A DNA stretch of 64,000 nt from Longimicrobiales bacterium (GTDB lineage: Bacteria; Gemmatimonadota; Gemmatimonadetes; Longimicrobiales; Gaopeijiaceae), in NCBI GenBank assembly GCA_965249725.1, contig CBDFMQ010000002.1:1472001-1536000 (forward strand). Direction: 5' to 3'. Positions 1-9,817 of the stretch are shown here, in pieces. The position numbers and the translations under genes are program-made. The notes below the pieces were generated by a model. It saw nothing but the letters and a program-made list of their open reading frames with translations. It searched no databases and had not been told where the DNA came from. How positions within the stretch are numbered: the first letter of the stretch is position 1; the number at the start of each line of letters is the position of its first letter.

Positions 1-1019
1 ACCAACGTGGCCGTGTCACCCACCGCGATGCCGTCCACGCCCGAGATGTCTACCACCGTCATGTCCATCGAGATCCGTCCGATGATGGGCACCCCTCGCC
101 CGCCGCACAGCGCGCTTCCACGATTTCCCAGGATGCGAGGAAGACCGTCCCCGTATCCGATCCCGAGCGTCGCCCACCGCTCGGTCCCACTCGCCCGATA
201 CGTGGCTCCGTAACCGAGCGTGGTCCCGTCCGGCACGTCCCGGATGAGCGTCACCCGTGACCGCAGGCTCACCACCTCTTCCGGAGCGGGCACATCCGCA
301 CCCACGCCGCCCCCATAGAGGAAGATCCCAGGCCGCACTGCATCTGCCGCCAGAGACGGATACCTCAATGCCGCCGCCCCGTTACAGGCGTGCACCATGC
401 CGTCGCCCCCACCGACAAGAGCCTCCAGAGCGTCTCGGAAGCGCCGCCACTGCTCCTCCGCGGAATCGTCGCCCGCAACGTCGGCCGAGTGGAAGTGCGT
501 GTAGCTCCCCTCCCATATCAGTCGATCGGTCAGGCGTGCCGCCAACGCAGGCCCCCACTCCCCGATCCGGAGCCGATCAAACCCCGAGCGGCCCATGCCG
601 GTGTCGATCTCGACGTGAAAGCGAGCCGGTCGATCCACTCTCTCGACCGCCGCCGCCAACCGATCGACGGCGTCCACCTCGGAGATGGTGGGAGTAAGCG
701 TGTGCGCCACCGCCCTATCGTAGTCCCCCGGTGCAAGGGGGCTGACGATCACGATAGGCTTCGCCAACCCTCCCTCTCGGAGATGCACGCCCTCCTCTAG
801 TGTCGCTACCCCGTAACCCCACGGGTCCTCAGGCTCCAGCGCCCGTACGACCTGATCCATCCCGAGACCGTATGCGTCGGCCTTCACCATCGGGATGATG
901 GCCGAAGAGGCACCGACGGATGCCCTGATCCGGCGGAGATTCCTGCGAAGGGCCCCAGGCCGAACTTCGACCCACGACCGGCCAGGCGCGTCCTCGACGG
1001 CCTGCTCGTCCGTTGACAT
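1..1019 (-). CDS. alr: Alanine racemase (3' end runs off the window start)
   Basis: Absent from the ORF track (no stop in window). Manual translation from ATG 1019 gives MSTDEQAVEDAPGRSWVEVRPGALRRNLRRIR...IIPMVKADAYGLG (PLP lysine motif), later GTTLGYGATY and IIGRISMDMTVVD; 1019 is in frame with the codons at the window start. Confidence 0.93.
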   Translation of the reverse strand, partial: MSTDEQAVEDAPGRSWVEVRPGALRRNLRRIRASVGASSAIIPMVKADAYGLGMDQVVRALEPEDPWGYGVATLEEGVHLREGGLAKPIVIVSPLAPGDYDRAVAHTLTPTISEVDAVDRLAAAVERVDRPARFHVEIDTGMGRSGFDRLRIGEWGPALAARLTDRLIWEGSYTHFHSADVAGDDSAEEQWRRFRDALEALVGGGDGMVHACNGAAALRYPSLAADAVRPGIFLYGGGVGADVPAPEEVVSLRSRVTLIRDVPDGTTLGYGATYRASGTERWATLGIGYGDGLPRILGNRGSALCGGRGVPIIGRISMDMTVVDISGVDGIAVGDTATL

Positions 1020-1093
1020 AGACGTTGAAAGAAGCGAAAAGATAAGCCCCGATCAAGGTGCGTTTCCCCTCCCGAGACAAGTGACGATCGACA

Positions 1094-1879
1094 ATGAGCG
1101 GCGAAGACGAGACACCCCCACCACCCGACTTCGGACCGGGGGAGCTGGATCGCGCTTTGGGGCTGATCCGATTCCTCCGGAAACACTGCTCATGGGATCG
1201 CGCTCAGACACCCGAGAGCCTGGTGCCCCACCTCCTCGAGGAGAGCCACGAGGTGGTCGACGCGATCCGAGGTGGCCGCGAAGAAGACCTGGAGGGAGAA
1301 CTAGGAGATCTGCTGCTGAACCTGGCGTTTCAGGTCGTTCTCGGTGAGGAACGCGGGACCTTTACGCCCGATTCGGTCGCGAGCCGGCTCGAGGACAAGA
1401 TGAAGCGGCGACATCCGCACCTTTTCGGACTGGGGGAGCGGGTCGATTGGGAGGTCCTGAAGGCGCGCGAGCGCGAAGAAGGGGCCTCGCTACTGACCGG
1501 CCTACCCGAGGCCATGGACCCCCTTCACCGATCCCACAGGATTCAGGACCGGGTGAGCGGCGTAGGCTTCGACTGGCCGGACGCATCTGGGGCCTGGGAG
1601 AAGGTCAACGAAGAGCTGGGGGAGGTGAAGGACGCCCTTGGAGAAAGCCCGGAACGGCTGGAAGAGGAGTTGGGAGACCTGCTCTTCGCGATGGTCAACC
1701 TCGTCCGCCTTACGGGCAACCACTCGGCCACGGCATTGGAGCTCGCCAATCGCAAGTTCACGGGCCGGTTCGAGCGGTTGGAAGCAGTCGCAGCGGAGCG
1801 GAACGTGATCCTCGGTGAAGCGACATTGGCAGAGCTGGACGCCATCTGGAATGAAATCAAGTCCGAACAGAAGGAGTGA
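1094..1879 (+). CDS. mazG: Nucleoside triphosphate pyrophosphohydrolase MazG
   Basis: CSWDRAQT..SL..HLLEESHEVVDAI, EGELGDLLL, RRHPHLFG, second domain GFDWPD..KVNEELGEV..EEELGDLLFAMVN. Confidence 0.93.
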   Translation: MSGEDETPPPPDFGPGELDRALGLIRFLRKHCSWDRAQTPESLVPHLLEESHEVVDAIRGGREEDLEGELGDLLLNLAFQVVLGEERGTFTPDSVASRLEDKMKRRHPHLFGLGERVDWEVLKAREREEGASLLTGLPEAMDPLHRSHRIQDRVSGVGFDWPDASGAWEKVNEELGEVKDALGESPERLEEELGDLLFAMVNLVRLTGNHSATALELANRKFTGRFERLEAVAAERNVILGEATLAELDAIWNEIKSEQKE

Positions 1880-1925
1880 TCCCGTTCCACATTTCTGCGG
1901 TGGTGCCAACGCATTACTATTCTTC

Positions 1926-2795
1926 ATGCGACCTAGACACACCACATCAGGCCCAGTTGCTGTCCTAGCTCAGGCGGCATTGATCGGTCTGGCCCTCTTC
2001 GCTACGCCGACCTCTTCGGCGGCCCAGTGGACCGAGCCGCCCAAAAGAGGGTGGGCCTCCCTCGCCGCCTACCACCAGGACACGCGTGACGCCTATGACT
2101 TCGAGGGTGCCAAGAGCATGTTCCCGGCGGACGGGCACACCATTGCCACCGCGTCTTTCCTGACCCTCGCCCTCGGCCTGATGGAAGGTGTCGATGCTTG
2201 GGCTCAGTTCTCTTACCAGAGGCTTCGCTTCGACGACATCTCGGGTCAGAGGATCTCGTACGGACCGGGCGACATTCGCCTCTATGCGCGCGGAAGCCCG
2301 CTCCGGCTGTTCGGTGTGACAACGCCCGTGGCGATCCGCGCGGGTGTGAAGCTGCCGGTGGGCGATTTCGACGTGGGCACGAACCTTATCCCTCTGGGAG
2401 ATGGTCAACGCGACTGGGAGCTGATGCTCGAGATCGGGCACTCGTTCTATCCGAACCCGACCTATTTGCAGGGCTGGATCGGTTACCGCTGGAGAGATCC
2501 GGCCGCAGACGACCGCGTCTTTGGAGACGAGCGGTTCTTCTATTTGGCGGTGGGGGGGGAAATCGGCCCGCTCGGTTACAAGGTGGGCTTCGATGGATGG
2601 TACGGGAGTACACCCATCTTCGATGGCCTCGAATCGCCGGGAGCCAAACGGGAGATGGCCCGGCTGAGTCCCTCTCTGCTGATCCCCGCCGGCCCAGGGA
2701 TGATCGAGCTCGGGTCCCGTATAGCGCTCACCGGGAAGAACTTGCCGGCCGGTTACGACCTCGTCGTAGGGTACTTCACGCGTCTCGGTTTCTAG
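1926..2795 (+). CDS. Secreted/outer-membrane beta-barrel-like hypothetical protein
   Basis: Signal peptide ending SSAAQ, GDIRLYAR and GVKLPVG motifs of transporter-like barrels, alternating beta strands, C-terminal Phe. Start taken at ATG 1926. Confidence 0.6.
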   Translation: MRPRHTTSGPVAVLAQAALIGLALFATPTSSAAQWTEPPKRGWASLAAYHQDTRDAYDFEGAKSMFPADGHTIATASFLTLALGLMEGVDAWAQFSYQRLRFDDISGQRISYGPGDIRLYARGSPLRLFGVTTPVAIRAGVKLPVGDFDVGTNLIPLGDGQRDWELMLEIGHSFYPNPTYLQGWIGYRWRDPAADDRVFGDERFFYLAVGGEIGPLGYKVGFDGWYGSTPIFDGLESPGAKREMARLSPSLLIPAGPGMIELGSRIALTGKNLPAGYDLVVGYFTRLGF

Positions 2796-2813
2796 TCTGG
2801 AGCCAGCGCCGGC

Positions 2814-3881
2814 TCAACTGATGTACGTCAGAAGCCCCGGGTCATAGAGGTCGGATACGTAGTCCTGGTATCCGTTGAAGAGCTGCGTCAGTATCGACGT
2901 CTGCGTCCCCAGGGGAGTCTCGAATTGCTGCGTCCAACGGGGGTGGGCAACGTCGGGGTTCACGGTCGAGTAGAAGCCGTACTCGTCTGGCGCCAGCGTA
3001 TTCCAGAACGTTGGCGGCTGCTCCCGGGTGAACTCGATCCGAGCCACGGACTTCAGGCTCTTGAAGCCATACTTCCAGGGAATAGCCAGCCGCCAGGGAG
3101 CCCCATGTTGCTTGGGTAGCGGCTCACCGTATGCGCCGGTCACCACGAAGGCGAGCTCGTTCCTGGCTTCATCGAGACGGAGCCCCTCGAAATACGGCCA
3201 GGGAAGGCTTGGTTGGATCCGTTGGCCCACCGCCTCCTCGGGGCGGTCGAACGACACGAAGCGAACGTAGTTTGCCGAAGAGAGCGGCCTGAACTTGTCG
3301 ATGAGCTTGGACAACGGATAGCCCGTCCAGGGAACGACCATCGACCACCGTTCGACGCATCGGTGCCGATACACGCGCTCCTCGAGCCCGAATTCCCTCT
3401 CCAACTCGGAGACGTCGAAAGACCCGGTTACCTCCGCTTCACCGACGACCTCGACCGTCCAGGGCCACACGTTGAACGGTCCGACGAAGGGCCAGTTCAA
3501 GTTCACGTTACTCAGGGTTCCGATGAACTCGTAGAAGTTGTTGTAGACCGCCGTATCTAGGCGCTCGGTCTGGCTCGGTCCCGCAACGTCGAAGGTCGAG
3601 TTCCGGACGGCCGGGTAGAGATCTGCCGTAGGTGATGGACAAATCGATTGTAGCGGGTGGAGAACGTTGGAGTCGTTGCACCCTGCCTCCGCCGCCGGCA
3701 CCTCCGGAGTCTCGTCGACCAGCTCGGAAGGCGTAAACGAGGAACCGCACGCCCCCAGACCCAGAGCAGCCATCCCGACTCCCGAGCTCCTGAGGAACGC
3801 GCGGCGATCGAGGAACACCGACTTCGGTGTCGCCTCGCTGTCGGGGATTCGCCATCCCGGCGGAATGATGACGTTGGCCAT
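2814..3881 (-). CDS. msrP: Protein-methionine-sulfoxide reductase catalytic subunit (molybdoenzyme)
   Basis: ATPKSVFLDRRAFL (Tat), YNNFYEF, EERVYRHRCVERWSMVVPWTG, PKQHGAP.RLAIPWKYGFKSLKS, EYGFYSTVNPDVAHPRW. Confidence 0.92.
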   Translation of the reverse strand: MANVIIPPGWRIPDSEATPKSVFLDRRAFLRSSGVGMAALGLGACGSSFTPSELVDETPEVPAAEAGCNDSNVLHPLQSICPSPTADLYPAVRNSTFDVAGPSQTERLDTAVYNNFYEFIGTLSNVNLNWPFVGPFNVWPWTVEVVGEAEVTGSFDVSELEREFGLEERVYRHRCVERWSMVVPWTGYPLSKLIDKFRPLSSANYVRFVSFDRPEEAVGQRIQPSLPWPYFEGLRLDEARNELAFVVTGAYGEPLPKQHGAPWRLAIPWKYGFKSLKSVARIEFTREQPPTFWNTLAPDEYGFYSTVNPDVAHPRWTQQFETPLGTQTSILTQLFNGYQDYVSDLYDPGLLTYIS

Positions 3882-4002
3882 GGATTCTCCGGCATTGATC
3901 CGATGAAAGACTTGCGGGAGCGAGCGCCCGGCCCGACTCGCCGCTGTGCCAAGGTAGCGCGCGACCCACCCTCCTACAATCGGCGGGTTGTTGCGGAAGT
4001 TC

Positions 4003-5061
4003 CTAGTAGCCCTTCGCCTTGTCGACCTCGTTGAGCAGAGGCTCGCCGCCAAGCAGGCGCCGGAGATTCTCGATGATCAGATCAGCCTCCCGCCGCCAAA
4101 ACGTCCTTGTGACCGCGGACACATGGGGAGTCAACAGGACATTGGGCAGGGACCACAACACGTGCCCCTCCACGAGGGGCTCACGCGCGAACACGTCCAG
4201 CCCCGCCCCACGAAGCTGCCCGGAATTCAAGGCCTCGACGAGCGCAACCTCGTCCACGAGTGACCCACGGGACACGTTGATCAGCACAGTCCCCCTCCTC
4301 ATGGCTGCGATCGCACTTCCAGAGATGATCCCCTCGGTCTCGGGCGTGGCCGGCGCCGACACCACCACGTAGTCACTGTGCGACAGCAACTCCTCGAGTC
4401 CGGCCTCACCCGAGACCACCCGGATGTCCCCCGTTCGCGCTCCATCCGCCCACGAGGGGCGCTCGCTTGATTCAACCGGGCTCCGGCGGAGTCCGATGAC
4501 GTTCGCCCCGAACGCAGAAGCCCTCAGGGCGATCTCCCGCCCGATTCCCCCAACCCCGATGATCCCGACGACGCTCTCCGACAACTCTCGCACGGGCGAG
4601 TCCGCTTCGTAGTACGAATCCGTAATCCATCTTCCCTCGGCCATACCGGCGACCGCGAAGTCGAGACCCCGAGCGAAATACAGAATCATCCCCAACACAG
4701 TCTCCGCCATCGGAACCGCATGGATCCCCGCAGAATTGGTGAAGCGCACCGGGCTGGCCAGCATCTCCGGAGTGAGAGACTTACCCACACCCGCCGCCCC
4801 CGTATGAACCCACTCGAGATCCCATCCCTCGGTCACGACTTCGGCCGCGATACCGAACCCCATATAGACCCGAGCGTCCTTCACGGCTTCGAGCACAGCC
4901 GCGCTCGCACGGGCCGACCCGTCTCCGGAGCCGTCCGCATCCTCCTCGATCACCACGATCTCCCAGTCGTCCGGGATGGCGTCACGGAGATGGGGGACGA
5001 ACCAATCCGGGCGCGCCCAGACGGGTCGTTTGTCCTTCATATCAAGGACGAGCTTGTTCAT
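4003..5061 (-). CDS. D-2-hydroxyacid dehydrogenase
   Basis: WVHTGAAGV, NSAGIHAVPMAE, GIIGVGGIG, INVSRGSLVDE, GAGLDVF..EPL, LLTPHVSA. Confidence 0.9.
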   Translation of the reverse strand: MNKLVLDMKDKRPVWARPDWFVPHLRDAIPDDWEIVVIEEDADGSGDGSARASAAVLEAVKDARVYMGFGIAAEVVTEGWDLEWVHTGAAGVGKSLTPEMLASPVRFTNSAGIHAVPMAETVLGMILYFARGLDFAVAGMAEGRWITDSYYEADSPVRELSESVVGIIGVGGIGREIALRASAFGANVIGLRRSPVESSERPSWADGARTGDIRVVSGEAGLEELLSHSDYVVVSAPATPETEGIISGSAIAAMRRGTVLINVSRGSLVDEVALVEALNSGQLRGAGLDVFAREPLVEGHVLWSLPNVLLTPHVSAVTRTFWRREADLIIENLRRLLGGEPLLNEVDKAKGY

Positions 5062-5070
5062 GGAGCGGAG

Positions 5071-5162
5071 GGGGCTGCTGCGGGTCTCTCTCGGGGCGGC
5101 TGGTCCGGGGCCCCGCCGCCCCACCTCCTGCAGATGCCCCGTGAGAGACCCGCAGCAGCCCC
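5071..5162. repeat. Long intergenic hairpin, copy 1
   Basis: 20-bp perfect inverted repeat GGGGCTGCTGCGGGTCTCTC (5071-5090 with 5143-5162) plus 6 more pairs after one mismatch; 38-nt loop. Confidence 0.85.
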
Positions 5163-5246
5163 AGACCGTCCATGACGGTGTGACCTAGGCGGGGGCGCGA
5201 GGATGGTCCGGCCCGCCCGCCACGCCCCGACAAGCCCGAGGCGGCC

Positions 5247-5345
5247 GAGGGGGTGCGTTGTCGCGCCTCCGAGGGGCATCTGCAGGAGGGGCGGTGGTGG
5301 GGCGGGGAGCAGCAGCCCCTCGGAGGCGCGACAACGCACCCCCTC
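5247..5345. repeat. Long intergenic hairpin, copy 2
   Basis: 31-bp perfect inverted repeat (5247-5277 with 5315-5345); 37-nt loop related to the copy 1 loop read on the opposite strand. Confidence 0.85.
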
Positions 5346-5350
5346 CCACC

Positions 5351-6649
5351 TCAAGGCGACAACCGATTCATCATGCGCGGAAACGGAATCAACTCCCGGA
5401 TGTGATGCCGCCCCGTGATCCAAGCGACCGTGCGCTCCAGACCGAGCCCGAACCCCGAATGCACGAACGTCCCGTAGCGCCGGATATCCAGATACCAGGA
5501 GTACGCTTCCTCAGGCAGCTTCTCCTCACGGATCCGTCCCAAAAGCAGATCAAAGTCGTCCTCTCGCTGGCTCCCTCCGATGAGCTCTCCGTATCCGCGT
5601 ACGAGCAGGTCGTTGCAGAGCACGGTACGAGGATCGTCGGGGTTCTCCTTCATGTAGAAGGCTTTGACGGCCTTGGGATAGTCGTGCACGAAGACCGGCT
5701 GATCGAACTGCTCGGTCAGCAGCATCTCGTCCGGTGCCCCCAGGTCGGCGCCCCACTCGATCTCGCTTCCCTTATCCTGCAGGATCGAGATCGCGTCCGT
5801 GTACGAGACCCGCGCGAAGGGCGAAGCAAGCGCCTCGAGCTCGGTCGTATCCCTTTCCAGGATCTCCAACTCGGGTTGGCACCGCTCGAGCGCACGCTCC
5901 ACGATGTAGCAGACGAACTCCTCCTGGAGCCTCATGTTGTCGTTCGAGTCAGCGAACGCCACCTCGGGCTCGATCATCCAGAACTCGGTCAGATGTCTGC
6001 GGGTCTTCGACTTCTCGGCTCGGAACGTGGGGCCGAAGCAGTACACCTTCCGAAAGGCCGGACAGGCGGTTTCGACGTAGAGCTGGCCGGTCTGGGCCAG
6101 ATAGGCGGACTCGCCAAAGTAGTCGGTCTCGAACAGGGTGCCGGCCGATTCCCCGATCGACCCGGTGAGGATCGGCGTGTCGATGCGGACGAAATCCCGC
6201 TCGTAGAAGAAGTCGTGGATGGCGTGTTCGACCTCGTGACGGACCCGCAGCCCGGCTCGCTGCTGGCTCGACCGGAGCCACAGGTGCCGATGGTCGAGCA
6301 GAAACTCGACGCCGTGTTCCTTGGGCTGAATCGGGTATTCCTCTGCCCGCCCGAGCAGCTCGAGAGCGGTGACACCGATCTCGAATCTGCCTGGAGCCCG
6401 CGGCTCTTCCCGGACCTCGCCCGTGAGCGCGACCGTCGATTCCTGGGTGATCGACTCGTGCAGAGCCCACGTATCCTCGGGCAGATCCTTCTTGAGCAGG
6501 ACGCCCTGGACCAGGCCCGTGCCATCCCGCAGCACGAGGAAACCGACCTTGCCGTGGCTGCGCGTGGCGTCTGCCCATCCGCGGACCGTTACCGTCTCTC
6601 CCACATGCTCGTGTAGTGAGCGTACCTCTGTCGTCGACTCGTAACTCAT
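5351..6649 (-). CDS. asnS: Asparagine--tRNA ligase
   Basis: OB fold (FLVLRDGTGLVQ), YLAQTGQLY, FGPTFRAEKSKTRRHLTEFWMIEPE, GELIGGSQRE, HSGFGLGLER. Confidence 0.96.
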   Translation of the reverse strand: MSYESTTEVRSLHEHVGETVTVRGWADATRSHGKVGFLVLRDGTGLVQGVLLKKDLPEDTWALHESITQESTVALTGEVREEPRAPGRFEIGVTALELLGRAEEYPIQPKEHGVEFLLDHRHLWLRSSQQRAGLRVRHEVEHAIHDFFYERDFVRIDTPILTGSIGESAGTLFETDYFGESAYLAQTGQLYVETACPAFRKVYCFGPTFRAEKSKTRRHLTEFWMIEPEVAFADSNDNMRLQEEFVCYIVERALERCQPELEILERDTTELEALASPFARVSYTDAISILQDKGSEIEWGADLGAPDEMLLTEQFDQPVFVHDYPKAVKAFYMKENPDDPRTVLCNDLLVRGYGELIGGSQREDDFDLLLGRIREEKLPEEAYSWYLDIRRYGTFVHSGFGLGLERTVAWITGRHHIRELIPFPRMMNRLSP

Positions 6650-6752
6650 TTGCTTCGAACACCCAGGGTTGTCGTGTGCCGGTTCATATATGGAGGCGGA
6701 AGATAGCCGACCTCATCCCGGGCAGACACACGGGAGCGGGACTTTAGCGGGC

Positions 6753-8843
6753 TCAGCCCACAGAGAAAAGCTCCAGCCGTTCCGCATATCGGTCATCCAT
6801 GAGGTCACGGATGCGGGATACAGCGCCTCCCTCCAATTCCGGGTCGGCATCGACGAGCGAACGGGCTCGTGTCTGAGCCTCCACGAGCAGCCCCTCGTCG
6901 GTGGAGAGGTCCGCGAATCGGAGTATGGCATCACGACCGTGCTGCTGAGACCCGAAGAGATCTCCCTGCCCCCGAATCCGTAGGTCCGCCTGCGCCACCA
7001 GGAACCCGTCGGAGGTGTCCCTCAACACCTTCAACCTCTCCGCCGCCAGCTCACCGGGCTCGGCGACCAGGATGCAATAGCTCTTGGACGGCCCGCGCCC
7101 GACTCGCCCGCGGAGCTGGTGAAGCTGTGACAGCCCGAATCGCTCCGCGTGTTCCACGACCATCACGCTCGCGTTCGGAACGTCGATGCCCACCTCGATC
7201 ACCGTGGTCGCTACCAGCACATCCACCTCCCCCGCGAGGAAGGCCCGCATCACCCGGTCCTTTTCGTCGCTCGGCAACTGCCCGTGAATCAGCGCGACGC
7301 GCCGGTGCGGGAAGATCTTCGAGGCGAGCCGTGCGTGCTCCTCGGTCGCCGAGAGAAGATCCACTTTCTCGGACTCTTCCACGAGTGGATAAACCACATA
7401 GACCTGACGACCGGCCTCGAGTTCGGACTCGAGGAAACGGTATACGTCGTCTCGCTTGCTGGGATAGCGAACGAGCGTCTCCACCGGTTTCCGGCCGGGC
7501 GGCAGCTCGCCGAGAATCGAGAGGTCAAGATCACCATACATGGCCATCGCCATCGATCGCGGGATCGGTGTGGCCGACATGATCAGCGTGTCGGGTGGTA
7601 CCTCTCGATCCCGCAGCGCCATCCTCTGGCGCACTCCGAACCGGTGCTGTTCGTCCACGACGATCAGCCCGAGGTCAGCGTATTCGACGCCTTCCTGGAT
7701 CAGCGCGTGGGTGCCCACGATCAGCTGCGCGCTTCCGTCCTGAAGCGCGGCGAGCGTCGTCTTCCGCTCGGCGGCGCTGAGCTGTCCCGTGAGCAGGCGC
7801 ATCCGGAGGCCCAAGGGCCTCACCAACTCCTCCAACTTCCTGGCGTGTTGCTCGGCCAGCAGCTCGGTCGGTGCCATCAGGACCGCCTGGCGGCCCCCCT
7901 CCACCGCGAGCAGCATGGCGAAGAGCGCAACGATCGTCTTGCCCGACCCGACGTCGCCCTGGAGCATGCGGTTCATACGGCGGTTGGAACCCATGTCGCC
8001 GTAGATCTCCTTGAGAACACGGGCCTGGGCTTCGGTGAGGTCGAACGGGAGCGACTCGTGGAGAGGGCGGATGAGCTCGTTGGTGCGCTCGAAGACGATC
8101 CCGGGCGCCTGGACGGACTCCTGATACCGAACCTGGGCCTGGACCAGCTGGAGAAAGAAGAGCTCGTCGAAGGCCAACCGTCGTCGCGCCGCCTCCACGC
8201 TCCCTACGGACGCCGGGCGGTGGAGCACCTCCAGGGCCTCGCCTAGTCCGGGCAGACCGAGCCCGCCCAGATCCGCGTCGGTCAAATACTCCTCCTCGGG
8301 GACCTCACCCAGCAGCACGTCGAGGTTCTTCTCGAAGAGCCCCCTGAGCACCCATTGCGGCACCTCCTCGCTAGCCGGATACGTGACGAAGACGTGCCCC
8401 CCACCGCCTTCCGCGGGAGACTCGTCGCCGGCTCTCGCCAGGACGGTGAACTCACGAGGACGAAGCTGCCGACCGTGGAAGAACTTCACCGGGCCCGTCA
8501 CCAGGAGCAGGTCTCCCTCTTGGAGCTTCCGCTCCAGCCACGGCTGCCCCGGCCACGCGCACGTGATCATCCCGGAGTCGTCCTGGAGGACGGCTTGGAA
8601 GATGCGCAGCCCCCTCCGGGTGGGTAGAACACCCTTCGACCGCACCCGCCCCACCGCCGTAACGTCTTCTCCCACTGCGAGATCGGCGATCGGCTGTACG
8701 GTCGAGGCGTCATCGTAGCGGCGAGGTACATGGTACAGGAGGTCCCTTGCGGTGACGATCCCCATGCGGCCCAGGGCCTCGGCGCGGACCGGGCCGACAC
8801 CCTTCAGAAACTGGACGGGACGGCCCAGCTTGAAGAAGCTCAC
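6753..8843 (-). CDS. recG: ATP-dependent DNA helicase RecG
   Basis: RRRLAFDELF, MNRMLQGDVGSGKT, DEQHRFGV, MSATPIPRS, AERFGLSQLHQLRGRVGRG. Confidence 0.97.
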   Translation of the reverse strand: MSFFKLGRPVQFLKGVGPVRAEALGRMGIVTARDLLYHVPRRYDDASTVQPIADLAVGEDVTAVGRVRSKGVLPTRRGLRIFQAVLQDDSGMITCAWPGQPWLERKLQEGDLLLVTGPVKFFHGRQLRPREFTVLARAGDESPAEGGGGHVFVTYPASEEVPQWVLRGLFEKNLDVLLGEVPEEEYLTDADLGGLGLPGLGEALEVLHRPASVGSVEAARRRLAFDELFFLQLVQAQVRYQESVQAPGIVFERTNELIRPLHESLPFDLTEAQARVLKEIYGDMGSNRRMNRMLQGDVGSGKTIVALFAMLLAVEGGRQAVLMAPTELLAEQHARKLEELVRPLGLRMRLLTGQLSAAERKTTLAALQDGSAQLIVGTHALIQEGVEYADLGLIVVDEQHRFGVRQRMALRDREVPPDTLIMSATPIPRSMAMAMYGDLDLSILGELPPGRKPVETLVRYPSKRDDVYRFLESELEAGRQVYVVYPLVEESEKVDLLSATEEHARLASKIFPHRRVALIHGQLPSDEKDRVMRAFLAGEVDVLVATTVIEVGIDVPNASVMVVEHAERFGLSQLHQLRGRVGRGPSKSYCILVAEPGELAAERLKVLRDTSDGFLVAQADLRIRGQGDLFGSQQHGRDAILRFADLSTDEGLLVEAQTRARSLVDADPELEGGAVSRIRDLMDDRYAERLELFSVG

Positions 8844-9763
8844 TCCTCGAACACCCCTTCGATGAAGTCGTCCGGATCAAATGCCTCGAGGTCGTCGATC
8901 CCCTCCCCCAGGCCCACGAGCTTGACCGGCAACCCGAACTCCTGCTGCAGTCCGACCACGATTCCGCCCCGCGCGGAGCTGTCCAGCTTGGCCAGAATGA
9001 TGCCCGTCAGGCCGACCGCTTCGCCAAAAGCACGCACCTGTGACACGGCGTTCTGGCCCACGGTCGCGTCCAGCACGATAAGGCACTCATGTGGTGCTCC
9101 CTCACAGCGGCGCTTCACCACACGATCCACCTTCACCAACTCCTCCATCAGACCTCTCTGAGTGTGGAGCCGACCCGCAGTATCCACCAGCACCACGTCG
9201 ATTCCCCTCGCCTCGGCGGCTTCGATCGCATCGAAGGCGACGGCGGCCGGATCGCCACCCTGCTGGCCGGCGACGAAGTCCACGCCGATCCGCTCCGACC
9301 ACTGGCGAAGCTGCTCCACCGCCCCGGCCCGGAAGGTATCGGCAGCGGCCACCAGCACGCTCTTGCCCTCTTTCTTGATCCAATGAGCCAGCTTCGCAAC
9401 CGACGTCGTCTTGCCGACTCCGTTGACCCCGACGACCAGATAGACCGTGGGCCCCAACTCCGCGGCGTGAAGGTAGGACTCGCTTGCCGGCTCCAGGATC
9501 CGCGACATCTCACCCTGAAGCGCCGCTCGCAGTTCCTTGCCGCCTTTGACCTTCCCCCGCCGAGCCAACCCGTCGACATGGTCCACGAGCCGCATCGTAG
9601 CGTCGACCCCGAAATCGGAGGCGAGGAGGCGCTCCTCGAGGGACTCCAGAGAGTCGTGGTCCATCCCCCCCACGGCGACCCGAACATCGGTGAGGGCGAG
9701 GTCGACCGCCCTCCGCCACAACCCCTTCTTGCGCTCCGGCTTTCGCTTGAACAGTCGAGCCAT
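8840..9763 (-). CDS. ftsY: Signal recognition particle receptor FtsY
   Basis: GVNGVGKTTSVAKLA, AADTFRAGA, DTAGRLH, KLDSSARGG. Confidence 0.96.
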   Translation of the reverse strand: MARLFKRKPERKKGLWRRAVDLALTDVRVAVGGMDHDSLESLEERLLASDFGVDATMRLVDHVDGLARRGKVKGGKELRAALQGEMSRILEPASESYLHAAELGPTVYLVVGVNGVGKTTSVAKLAHWIKKEGKSVLVAAADTFRAGAVEQLRQWSERIGVDFVAGQQGGDPAAVAFDAIEAAEARGIDVVLVDTAGRLHTQRGLMEELVKVDRVVKRRCEGAPHECLIVLDATVGQNAVSQVRAFGEAVGLTGIILAKLDSSARGGIVVGLQQEFGLPVKLVGLGEGIDDLEAFDPDDFIEGVFEE

Positions 9764-9817
9764 GCCTACGGTTCTATTGAAGGAGTCCAGTGGTTCGAGC
9801 CGCGAGCGCCGAGGGAG

